Source of the DNA: Alphaproteobacteria bacterium
Lineage (GTDB): Bacteria > Pseudomonadota > Alphaproteobacteria > Paracaedibacterales > CAIULA01
DNA: 24,000 nucleotides
Direction: 5' to 3'
NCBI GenBank assembly: GCA_947475175.1
Contig: CANJLN010000001.1
Location: 24,305-48,304, forward strand
In this document: positions 13,505 through 21,664 of the stretch, one piece after another
Layout of the letters: every line of letters starts with the position of its first letter
Position numbering within the stretch: the first letter of the stretch is position 1
The notes under the pieces: generated by a model
What the model saw: the letters and a program-made list of their open reading frames with translations, nothing else
Database searches by the model: none
What the model was told of the DNA's origin: nothing
Program-made: the position numbers and the translations under genes

Positions 13505-15656
13505 ACAACAACGCCCAAGGCAGCAACCACAAAGGAATTGTGTGCAATTTTAAAGGAGGTTTCAAAGTGATATTTTCTCCATATTTTTTTATTAAGTCCT
13601 GAAGGACACCTTCTTCTGATTGTCCTTCTTTTAGAGATTGAAAAATATCTTGTTTCATAAGGATTGCTTGATCACTTTGTGAATCCTCTAAGACTTGCCC
13701 TGCGCAGACTGGGCAAATGATTTTCTTATAAAGAGAATGTGCTGTTTCTTCAGTATTGCTTGCATAAGAAGCCCCCCCTATAAGCAACAGGCAGATGACA
13801 GATCCTCGGAACAAGTCCGAGGATGACAGAGTAGAGTTAGAGGATGATAAAAACGAAAACCGTTTGATTGCCCCTAAAGCACCCCCTACAACCATTAAGA
13901 TAATCCCGAACCATAATAAATTCATAAAAGGTTTATAATGAACTTTAAGTTCTATAGTTTCGTTTGAATCATCAATAAGGGCTGTATAGATGTGTGAAAA
14001 AAGAGTGGAATAAATCGCTGTTTCATTGTGAATGATTTTCTGCGTTTCGTAATATCGTTTTTCTGGAACCAACTGCGTTATCTCTTTTCCTGAATGGGAG
14101 ATGTTTAGAACAGCTTGATGAGCCGTATAATTGGGACCTTGTTTTATTTGTAAATTTTTAAATGCGCCTGTGTAGCCTGCAATATTAAAAGACTCCTCTT
14201 TTTTAAGAAAGACATGCTGTTCAATTTCTCCATAAGTGGAGCACACCATGCCCAAAACACATAAACCCAAACCAAAATGAGCAAAAATCATCGAAAGAGT
14301 TTTAAGATTGATTGGATGTGATTTCAGATAAAGAAGAGTACTGATCATTACCCAAACTGATAATCCTGTGGCAAAGAAAGCAAGAAACGAAGGATGTGGT
14401 AATAACCACCAACACAACAAGACGGAAAGAAGCGAAGCACTAAAAGCCGACAAAAGCTTTTCGTAATGTTTCCAAATGCCGACCCCCATCAATCCTAACA
14501 AAGGCAGCATCAAAGGAATAAACGTTGCTTGAAAATAAGGTGTGCCGATTGTAATGCTTTTTCCAAAATAAGAGAGAATCAGCGGATAGAGAATGGATAT
14601 AAAAATGGTCGCCGTGCCACAAAATAAAAATACGTTATTAAGTGCTATCATGCCGGGGCGTGACCAAGGTGAAGAGATGGGTAAGCCTTGAAAAATAGAG
14701 AATCTCCATATCCACAAAACGATAGAGGGAAGCGTGAAAGTACATAAAAGAATGAGCAACAAGACACCCCGTTCAGGATCAACGGCAAAACTATGGACTG
14801 ATGTTAAAAGTCCAGAGCGAACAAAAAATAGAGAAAAAAGACATAATCCAAAGGTGAGGATGCCTAACAAAAGAGATACGCGTGTCAAAGTTTGCTGCTT
14901 TTGAGCGCAAATAATACTGTGCAAGAAAGCCGTTGCTGTTAACCAAGGAAGAAGGGCCGCATTTTCAACCGGATCCCAGAACCAAAACCCACCCCATCCC
15001 AGTTCATAATAAGCCCAAAAACTGCCCAAAGCTAAGCCCGCGGTCATAAAACTCCACGAAACAAGCATCCAAAAACGAAGCGCTGAAATATGATTTATCG
15101 AGAGAGTTCCCTGCAACAAAGCAACTACACATAAGGCAAAGGGGACGCTGCAACCAACATAACCCGCATAGAGAATGGGGGGATGGATAGCCAAGCTTGG
15201 GTCTTGCAGCAAGGGGTTCAGATCATTGCCCTCTAACAAAGGAATTTCTAAGGTGATAAACGGATCGCTAGCAATCAGAACAAAAATAAGAAATCCTAAA
15301 ATAATCGAGGTTAAAATGCGACCCGTTGGTTCTTTGAGATTTTGAGGGAGGAAATAGGAAGAAAGACTGGTGTAAAAGCTTAAGATCAACACCCATAGAA
15401 GCATTGATCCCTCGTGATTTCCCCAAACACCACTGATTTTATAGAGAAGGGGTTTTGATGTATGAGAATGCTGAACAACATTCAGATACGAAAAATCTGA
15501 GGTGACATGCGCCCACATAAGTGTCCCAAAGGCGATGGCGATCCAGAAAAATATGACATGAGAAAATACTGGTCTGAATTTTTTTAAAAGGATGTGACTG
15601 ACGCAAAACAGCGAAGCTATGAGTAGGCATGCTTGACCGAAGAGAGCGGAGGTCAT
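13452..15656 (-). CDS. ccmF: Cytochrome c-type biogenesis protein CcmF (heme lyase subunit) fused in one ORF to a CcmH/CycL-like C-terminal module
   Basis: The CcmF hallmarks are WGNHEGSMLLW, the WWD-type motif GWGGFWFWDPVENAAL and many TM helices through about aa 600. Residues ~620-734 carry a signal-like segment (VICLLLIGGASYA), then the CcmH pattern IICPVCAGQVLEDSQSDQA...KKYGENITLKPPL plus a terminal TM helix. The joint is encoded by the repeat at 13795-13829. Confidence 0.85.
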   Translation of the reverse strand: MTSALFGQACLLIASLFCVSHILLKKFRPVFSHVIFFWIAIAFGTLMWAHVTSDFSYLNVVQHSHTSKPLLYKISGVWGNHEGSMLLWVLILSFYTSLSSYFLPQNLKEPTGRILTSIILGFLIFVLIASDPFITLEIPLLEGNDLNPLLQDPSLAIHPPILYAGYVGCSVPFALCVVALLQGTLSINHISALRFWMLVSWSFMTAGLALGSFWAYYELGWGGFWFWDPVENAALLPWLTATAFLHSIICAQKQQTLTRVSLLLGILTFGLCLFSLFFVRSGLLTSVHSFAVDPERGVLLLILLCTFTLPSIVLWIWRFSIFQGLPISSPWSRPGMIALNNVFLFCGTATIFISILYPLILSYFGKSITIGTPYFQATFIPLMLPLLGLMGVGIWKHYEKLLSAFSASLLSVLLCWWLLPHPSFLAFFATGLSVWVMISTLLYLKSHPINLKTLSMIFAHFGLGLCVLGMVCSTYGEIEQHVFLKKEESFNIAGYTGAFKNLQIKQGPNYTAHQAVLNISHSGKEITQLVPEKRYYETQKIIHNETAIYSTLFSHIYTALIDDSNETIELKVHYKPFMNLLWFGIILMVVGGALGAIKRFSFLSSSNSTLSSSDLFRGSVICLLLIGGASYASNTEETAHSLYKKIICPVCAGQVLEDSQSDQAILMKQDIFQSLKEGQSEEGVLQDLIKKYGENITLKPPLKLHTIPLWLLPWALLFGSIFAILLRWKRPKSG
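13795..13829 (-). repeat. Single-hairpin copy of the palindromic module, copy 3, at the ccmF/ccmH junction
   Basis: The minus strand reads CTGTCATCCTCGGACTTGTTCCGAGGATCTGTCAT. The first 30 nt are identical to 2847-2876 and 4148-4177, and the hairpin core is bracketed by a direct CTGTCAT repeat. It is translated in the same frame as in sfsA (LSSSDLFRGS). Confidence 0.9.
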
Positions 15657-15720
15657 ACTGGGAGATCCGGTTTGTTATTGCGAAACTCGCATGGCTGCGA
15701 CCAACCGATCATATGGTTTT

Positions 15721-15791
15721 TGGATCGGCACGCTTCGCTCGCGATGACGGTAGGGGCGTCTTTGCGAGGAGCGTAGAGACGTGGCAATCCA
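15721..15791. repeat. Imperfect ~30-bp-arm palindrome (REP-like)
   Basis: TGGATCGGCACGCTTCGCTCGCGATGAC-ggtagggg-GTCTTTGCGAGGAGCGTAGAGACGTGGCAATCCA. The arms are complementary at both ends (TGGAT.G.CACG / CGTG.C.ATCCA and GCGA.GAC / GTC.TTGCG) with internal indels. Confidence 0.6.
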
Positions 15792-15842
15792 AGTATCTTG
15801 AAATGTCGTGGGTATACCAAGGTGTCACAACTTAAAAAAACA

Positions 15843-15992
15843 CTGTCATCCCGGAACCTAGTCGAACTGCGACTTGCCGCTAGTGAGATTTGATATCCGG
15901 GATCCAGAAAAACTATAAAAATGGCCTGGATTCCTGATAAGTGGCTCGTTCTCCAAGCTAAAGCTTGGACTCGCCTACTTTCTGGAATGACA
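15843..15992. repeat. ~150-bp MITE-like element with CTGTCATCCCGGAA / TTCTGGAATGACA termini and a nested inner palindrome
   Basis: The outer imperfect inverted repeats are at 15843-15856 and 15980-15992. The inner inverted repeat is ATCCGGGATCCAG (15895-15907) / CTGGATTCCTGAT (15926-15938). It shares the CTGTCAT terminus with the hairpin family. Confidence 0.65.
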
Positions 15993-16330
15993 ATAGGCAT
16001 ACAAATATTTTTGCAAAAATTATCCATTTGTTAACTATTTTGCATTATTGTTATAATTACAGACGTTTGTATTGGCGCCCACAGAAAGGTACCCGCCCTG
16101 TTTTTTTTCGACAGGTTTAGCGGCATGGGGGAGGATTTTATCCAATTCCAGCCGGAGTCTGGGGTAGTGGGTGGCCCCGCCCTTCTGAGGGTGGGGGACT
16201 GTATAGGAAAAGTTAATTTTTGGTTAATTTCCGATACAATTTTAGTGAATTTCTTCTTGAGTCCACAGAAGCTGCTCTCATGCCTATCCTTGTTCTTGCA
16301 ATATTGTGTTTTATTCCAAATCATCATGCT

Positions 16331-16762
16331 TTAGCCCTGTCTTTTCAGCCCATCAGCAACTTCTTTAGGCATATAATTTTCATCATGCTTGGCTAAGATT
16401 CGTGTCGCCTTAAAGCTGCTATTCGCTTCAAAGTTTCCCTCGGCCACAACGCCTTGGTCCTCTCGGAAAAGATCAGGCAAAACCCCTTGGTAAAAAACAT
16501 TAATAGAATGTTTGCCATCGGTGATTTTAAAAGTAATTTGATCGCGTTCTTTAATCAGGCTTTGTTTTGCAACCATACCGCCTAAACGCATCATCTTGGT
16601 GCTAACAGGGGTATTATCTTTTTGTTTTTCAATCCATTCAGAGGGCGTTACAAAAAAAACCACGTTTTCTCTAAGAGCTCCCAGAATAATCAGCGCAACA
16701 CCCGCGGCACACATCAAAAGAGCAAGAATCGTCCAGCTACGGTGTTGGGCTTTTGGGTGCAT
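16331..16762 (-). CDS. ccmE: Cytochrome c-type biogenesis heme chaperone CcmE
   Basis: 143 aa with an N-terminal membrane anchor, VVFFVTPSEW, LPDLFREDQGVVAEG and the heme-binding His context LAKHDENYMPKEV. Confidence 0.92.
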   Translation of the reverse strand: MHPKAQHRSWTILALLMCAAGVALIILGALRENVVFFVTPSEWIEKQKDNTPVSTKMMRLGGMVAKQSLIKERDQITFKITDGKHSINVFYQGVLPDLFREDQGVVAEGNFEANSSFKATRILAKHDENYMPKEVADGLKRQG

Positions 16763-18881
16763 GAGTCTTTGGCTTTTTTGTCTCTTCTCGTTTTTTCTTT
16801 TTTCGCTCCAAAGCTTGTTCTCGATAATGCATCCCTATGTCTCGATTAGAAACGCCCTTTTTCCGCTCAAATCCCTCTCGAGGACTGAAACTCTTTTCTG
16901 ACTTAGAAGAATCTCTTCCTTTTGGCATACTCTGTCCTGTTAATGAAAAAGAAATGGAACACGTTATGGGATCAGCGGCATCCAATAAGACTGTCAGAGG
17001 TTGCCCCAGTTGATAAACTTTCTTTGTGCGCGACCCTATATAACGATGAAGGTTGGTGTCAAAAACATAATAATCACCTGGCAGACGGCTTTTGGGAACA
17101 AACCCTTGTGCACCGTTATCGTCCAAACCAATAAAAAGACCCGCACTGCTAACGCCAACGATGCTGCCCTTGAAAGAAGATCCAACTTGATTTTCTAAAT
17201 AAGAGGCGAGATAGCGATCCATCACTTCTCGCTCTGCCGTTGCTGCGATACGTTCCGTTGCTGAAATATGATCGCCAATCATTTCCAAAACTTCTAGCGG
17301 GAGAGATTCTTGACCTCCCTCACCCAACTCCAAAGCCTCTATTAAAGCGCGGTGAACAACCAAATCTGAATAACGTCGAATAGGTGACGTAAAATGGCAA
17401 TATTGGGCCAAACTTAAGCCAAAGTGCCCAATATTTTGAGGAGCATAACGTGCTTGAGCTTGGGAACGCAAAACCAAATCATTAATAAGACGCATGTAAG
17501 GAGACGCAGACGACTCTGTTAAAATTTGATTGAACTGGATAGGAGAAAGTTTCTCAGCCTTAGGAATAGTGATCTTAAACGATTTTAAAAGCGTCCTTAG
17601 GTTTTCAACGCGCGCTGCATCAGGTATGTCATGAATACGGAAAAGAGTTGGCCAATTTTTAACAAGCAATGTTTTAGCAGCAGCCACATTAGCTGCAATC
17701 ATCATCTCTTCAATAAGTTGATGGCTATCTAATCTTTCTCTTGGAACAATATCTTTAACAAATCCTTTTTCATCAAATTTAACCTGACGTTCAGGGATGT
17801 TTAAATCCAATGTTCCGCGTTTATGTCGCGCTTTTAAAAGTGTTTTGTAAGCGCCATACAAGGGTTTAATCACCCCTTCATAAATAGGTTTTGTTACGTC
17901 ATCAAGTGTTCCATTGATGGCATTTTGGACTTGTGCATAGGTAAGCCTCGCACACGACCTCATGAGTCCACGTTTGAACCGATGTGATTTAATTTTGCCA
18001 TAGCTATCGATAACTATTTCAGCGACCAAGCATGCTCTATCTTGATGGGGTTTTAAAGAACAAAGATCGTTCGATAAAGCCTCAGGTAACATTGGGACAA
18101 CGCGATCAGGAAAATAAACAGAATTCCCTCTTAGATAAGCTTCACGGTCCAAAGCATCAGCAGGGCGTACATAATAAGAAACATCAGCGATGGCAACAAT
18201 CATTCTCCATCCGCCTACGTTTTGAGGATCAATATCAGCTGCGGCCCATACGGCGTCATCGAAATCTCTGGCATCTTCGCCATCGATAGTCACAAGCGGA
18301 ATGTTTCTTAAATCAACACGATCTCCAAGTGGGGGAACTTTACCCTTTGAAGCCAAGTCCAAGGCATCTTGATTATAGTCATAAGGGAGTTTGTGAGCAT
18401 AAACAGCCATCAAACTAAAGACTTTTGGATCAGTGATTGACCCCAATCTTACATCGATATGAACTTTTTTTCCTTTTAGGTGATAAAAAACAACATCACC
18501 TTCGGTCAGAGTATCTGCTAGATCTTTTTCGCAAAACACACCCGGAAAGGTATCTTTTCTGTGGCAAGGGACCAAACTTGAACCATTATGTTTTCTTTGA
18601 AAAAGACCCAAATGAAATTCTGTTTCATCCTTTTTATAACGAAACTTCTCTTTATTCGTTACTTCAGAATTAACTGGTGGCTCTTTTTTTCTAAGTTTAG
18701 AACCATAACCTTCTTCTTTTAATTCAGCAAGAATGTGCTTCAATAGCCTGCGACGCGCTCCCTTAACTCCCAAAACTTTAGCAATTTCATGCTTGGTTAC
18801 CAAATGATGGCTATTGGTGATAAGTTTTAAAACGGCTTTTTTCAGGTCTTCTGCATCTCTGTCTTGAATGTCTTGGCTCAT
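16737..18881 (-). CDS. rnr: Ribonuclease R (RNB-family 3'-5' exoribonuclease)
   Basis: RNB catalytic motifs are present (TIDGEDARDFDDAV, YFPDRVVPMLPEALSNDLCSL, HFGLSLAQYCHFTSPIRRYSDLVVHR). There is also a C-terminal S1-like domain (FKGSIVGVSSAGLFIGL) and a Lys-rich basic tail. The 3' end overlaps the ccmE start by 26 nt. Confidence 0.9.
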   Translation of the reverse strand: MSQDIQDRDAEDLKKAVLKLITNSHHLVTKHEIAKVLGVKGARRRLLKHILAELKEEGYGSKLRKKEPPVNSEVTNKEKFRYKKDETEFHLGLFQRKHNGSSLVPCHRKDTFPGVFCEKDLADTLTEGDVVFYHLKGKKVHIDVRLGSITDPKVFSLMAVYAHKLPYDYNQDALDLASKGKVPPLGDRVDLRNIPLVTIDGEDARDFDDAVWAAADIDPQNVGGWRMIVAIADVSYYVRPADALDREAYLRGNSVYFPDRVVPMLPEALSNDLCSLKPHQDRACLVAEIVIDSYGKIKSHRFKRGLMRSCARLTYAQVQNAINGTLDDVTKPIYEGVIKPLYGAYKTLLKARHKRGTLDLNIPERQVKFDEKGFVKDIVPRERLDSHQLIEEMMIAANVAAAKTLLVKNWPTLFRIHDIPDAARVENLRTLLKSFKITIPKAEKLSPIQFNQILTESSASPYMRLINDLVLRSQAQARYAPQNIGHFGLSLAQYCHFTSPIRRYSDLVVHRALIEALELGEGGQESLPLEVLEMIGDHISATERIAATAEREVMDRYLASYLENQVGSSFKGSIVGVSSAGLFIGLDDNGAQGFVPKSRLPGDYYVFDTNLHRYIGSRTKKVYQLGQPLTVLLDAADPITCSISFSLTGQSMPKGRDSSKSEKSFSPREGFERKKGVSNRDIGMHYREQALERKKKKREETKKPKTHAPKSPTP

Positions 18882-19273
18882 ACTAGCTTTAACTTATGTC
18901 CTTAGTTGTTCAACTCCAACATATCATATATTCAGAGAATCAACAAATAGACCAAAAGGGCAGCAACAATTCCCGAAGAGGATTAGGTGTAATTTTTGGT
19001 TAAGGTTCAGTGAATAACACCCACTAAATAGCTGGGGCAAAAACAAGAACGGGTTGCATACATAACTTAATAACACTGGGTTTAGTCGAGACTTGCAAAA
19101 AATTTATCACAAAACCCTCTAAATTGCTCGCTTTATCAACCTTCCGGGAATTGATGATCTTTTGATTTGACGTTTTTTAAACACTTCAACAATTTGAAAA
19201 TGAACCCTCTTGATTTCTTCCAGAGTTATTGCCTAGGTTATATCGTAAGGATTTTTAAATTTAGTTATTTCAT

Positions 19274-19957
19274 ATGCCTCAGTCAGGTCAAAAAACAATC
19301 ATTGCGCCATCGCTCCTCTCTGCGGATCTTTTGAATCTACAGACAGAAATTGATCTTATTACCAAAGCAGGTGCTGACTGGCTTCATCTTGATATCATGG
19401 ATGGGCATTTTGTGCCCAATCTAACTTTTGGTCCTGAATTTGTAAGGCAAATTAAAAAGATTTCTCAATTGCCAATCGATGTACACTTGATGATTTCGCC
19501 TGCAGATGCTTTTATTGATGCCTTTGCCAAAGCCGGCGCCAGTTACATAACGATTCATCCTGAGGCTGATTTTCACCCGCATCGAACGTTGCAAAAAATT
19601 AAAAGCCATGGTGTTAAAGCTGGCATCGCTTTGAGTCCGGGGACACCCATTGAAACGGTGTATCCTTTGCTAGAAATAATCGATCTCATTTTAATTATGA
19701 CTGTTAATCCAGGATTTAGCGGACAGAAGTTTATAGCCCATCCTCTTGAAAAATTAAAAGCCTTAAGAAAGTTAATTGATACACATAAATATCCTATATT
19801 ATTAGAAGTCGATGGCGGTGTTGATAAAACAACAGCCAAAGAAATTACCTGTGCGGGCGCTGACGTTCTTGTGACGGGTCAGTATGTTTTTTCAAAGGAT
19901 ATGCCTGTATCTTCTGACGTTTATAAATCTCGTATTGAAGATCTAAGGAAACAATGA
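19274..19957 (+). CDS. rpe: Ribulose-phosphate 3-epimerase
   Basis: Motifs are APSLLSADLLNL, HLDIMDGHFVPNLTFGP, MTVNPGFSGQKF and EVDGGV. Confidence 0.92.
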   Translation: MPQSGQKTIIAPSLLSADLLNLQTEIDLITKAGADWLHLDIMDGHFVPNLTFGPEFVRQIKKISQLPIDVHLMISPADAFIDAFAKAGASYITIHPEADFHPHRTLQKIKSHGVKAGIALSPGTPIETVYPLLEIIDLILIMTVNPGFSGQKFIAHPLEKLKALRKLIDTHKYPILLEVDGGVDKTTAKEITCAGADVLVTGQYVFSKDMPVSSDVYKSRIEDLRKQ

Positions 19958-21606
19958 GTCAACATCCCGTCTTGTCTCAGTTCAGTTATTTTTTGCATCG
20001 ACTGGCGCAAAAGTATCGTCTGTATGGGGTAACTCTTTTAGGGCGGTCTACTTCTGAATTATTAACGATCCCATCAGATCCCTGGCCTGGGAATTTTCAA
20101 GTGGCTCACACAATACTCGAGGGAGCGTTTCCTTTTCGTGGGCAACTGATCCCTCTTAAAGATTGTTTGGATTATTTAGGGCGGCCTGATCGGTGCCCAA
20201 GTCCTCTTCTGCCCAGATTGCACGGGTTTGAATGGCTCAAGGATTTGCGTGCTATCAGTACGAACCCCAGCAGGAAAAGAGCACGTCAACTGATTATGCA
20301 CTGGATCAATCAGAATCATTCTTGGTCTACAAAGAGCTGGCTATCTCCTGCTTGGCGCCCTGACATTACAGCCAATCGCCTATCGAGCTGGATTTCTGTT
20401 TATGATTTCTTTGGAGCCAGTGCGGATGATTTTTTTAAGCAAGCCTTTTTTAGAAGCTTGATGAAGCAGTACCGCTATTTGCGTCGCATTTACACAAGCA
20501 TCACCGATCCTTTGCAGGCTTTCATCGTCTTAAAAAGCCTCATTGCTTGTGCTTGCACTTTACCAAGACAAAAAGGGAGGATCCCTTCTTTTGTGAACAG
20601 TCTTCAAAAAGTTCTAAAAGCGCAGATTTTGGCTGATGGAGGGCATGTCAGTCGATCCCCAGCTTTGCAGCTCATTATTTTGCGAGATCTGATTGATATT
20701 CGTTCCCTTTTAAAAAATATAGAAGCTGAAGATCCTCCTTTTTTACAACAAGCCATTAATGTGATGGCGCCTATGGTCAGACTCTTCCGGCATGGGGACG
20801 GGGGATTAGCTGATTTTGCAGGCAATATCGATCCCTGTTCTCTAAGCTTTGATCCTGAAAATATTTCACCTGCCGTTGTTGATATGGCTTTGTCTTTGGC
20901 CGATGTACGAGGGCGTCCTCCTGGTCGTGCGCCTTATATGGGCTACGAAAGATGCATAGGGAAGTCAGGGTTGATTCTACTGAATGTCAAACCTTCTTAT
21001 AATGAAGTGCCGCTTTTAACAACAGAGGGAGAGCCAGGCGTTAATATTTTAGATTTCGAATGGAGTGTTGGCAGGCAACGAATTCTTAGACGTTCTGATC
21101 TGATCGTTCAGCTTTCCGATCATTCCTGGCTTAAGATTGATAATGACCAGGGAAGTCTTGCGCTGAAAAGACACAGCAAAGATGGAAATGGCTATCTTTC
21201 AGCTGACTTTGATCAGTTCATTCGAGGCGTTTCTTATCGACACCAGCGACAACTTTATCTAGGCGGAGAAGAAGGGGACTTTAGAGGACATGATATCTTT
21301 ACTCTTTCTCAACCAGCAATGGCCGCAGTCCGGTTCATTTTTTCTAGGAATGTCGAAGTTTTATCGCAAACCACAAAGAAAATTAAAATTAAAGTCTATC
21401 CATCTGCTGCAATTGCAGGAAAAGGAGAGTCAAAAAAAACAGTGCAAACATGGAGTTTTATCACAAAAGGAGCGAGCGATGCCCTTTGGCAACATTGCAA
21501 AGAAACAGGGTTGCCGTATTTGATGCTTTTGACACCCCTTGTAAAAGAAGAGGCGCAAACGATCAAATGGGCCTTTCGTTTGGATGAAAATATTGAGAAA
21601 AGGTAA
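19954..21606 (+). CDS. Heparinase II/III-like family protein (conserved alphaproteobacterial protein of unknown role)
   Basis: 550 aa. The start overlaps the rpe stop (ATGA). The blocks ADGGHVSRSPALQ and FRHGDGGLADFAGN resemble the heparinase II/III-like family as I recall it from alphaproteobacterial annotations. This is recollection, not a verified match. Confidence 0.5.
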   Translation: MSQHPVLSQFSYFLHRLAQKYRLYGVTLLGRSTSELLTIPSDPWPGNFQVAHTILEGAFPFRGQLIPLKDCLDYLGRPDRCPSPLLPRLHGFEWLKDLRAISTNPSRKRARQLIMHWINQNHSWSTKSWLSPAWRPDITANRLSSWISVYDFFGASADDFFKQAFFRSLMKQYRYLRRIYTSITDPLQAFIVLKSLIACACTLPRQKGRIPSFVNSLQKVLKAQILADGGHVSRSPALQLIILRDLIDIRSLLKNIEAEDPPFLQQAINVMAPMVRLFRHGDGGLADFAGNIDPCSLSFDPENISPAVVDMALSLADVRGRPPGRAPYMGYERCIGKSGLILLNVKPSYNEVPLLTTEGEPGVNILDFEWSVGRQRILRRSDLIVQLSDHSWLKIDNDQGSLALKRHSKDGNGYLSADFDQFIRGVSYRHQRQLYLGGEEGDFRGHDIFTLSQPAMAAVRFIFSRNVEVLSQTTKKIKIKVYPSAAIAGKGESKKTVQTWSFITKGASDALWQHCKETGLPYLMLLTPLVKEEAQTIKWAFRLDENIEKR

Positions 21607-21664
21607 CTGCTCTTAATCTGTTCATGCTTCTTGATAAAAATGCTTTTGCCCTTTAAATATAAAA

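Noticed and set aside
15653-16027. 124-aa minus-strand ORF between ccmF and ccmE
   Set aside because: Its sequence is assembled from the palindromic repeat elements (for example PTVIASEACRSK and FRDDSV are repeat-arm translations). It has no start context or family resemblance and is treated as a repeat-derived open frame, not a gene.
16031-16334. 98-aa (minus) and 69-aa (plus) ORFs downstream of ccmE
   Set aside because: They overlap each other on opposite strands in the repeat and GC-rich spacer. They have low-complexity or odd composition and no recognisable motifs.
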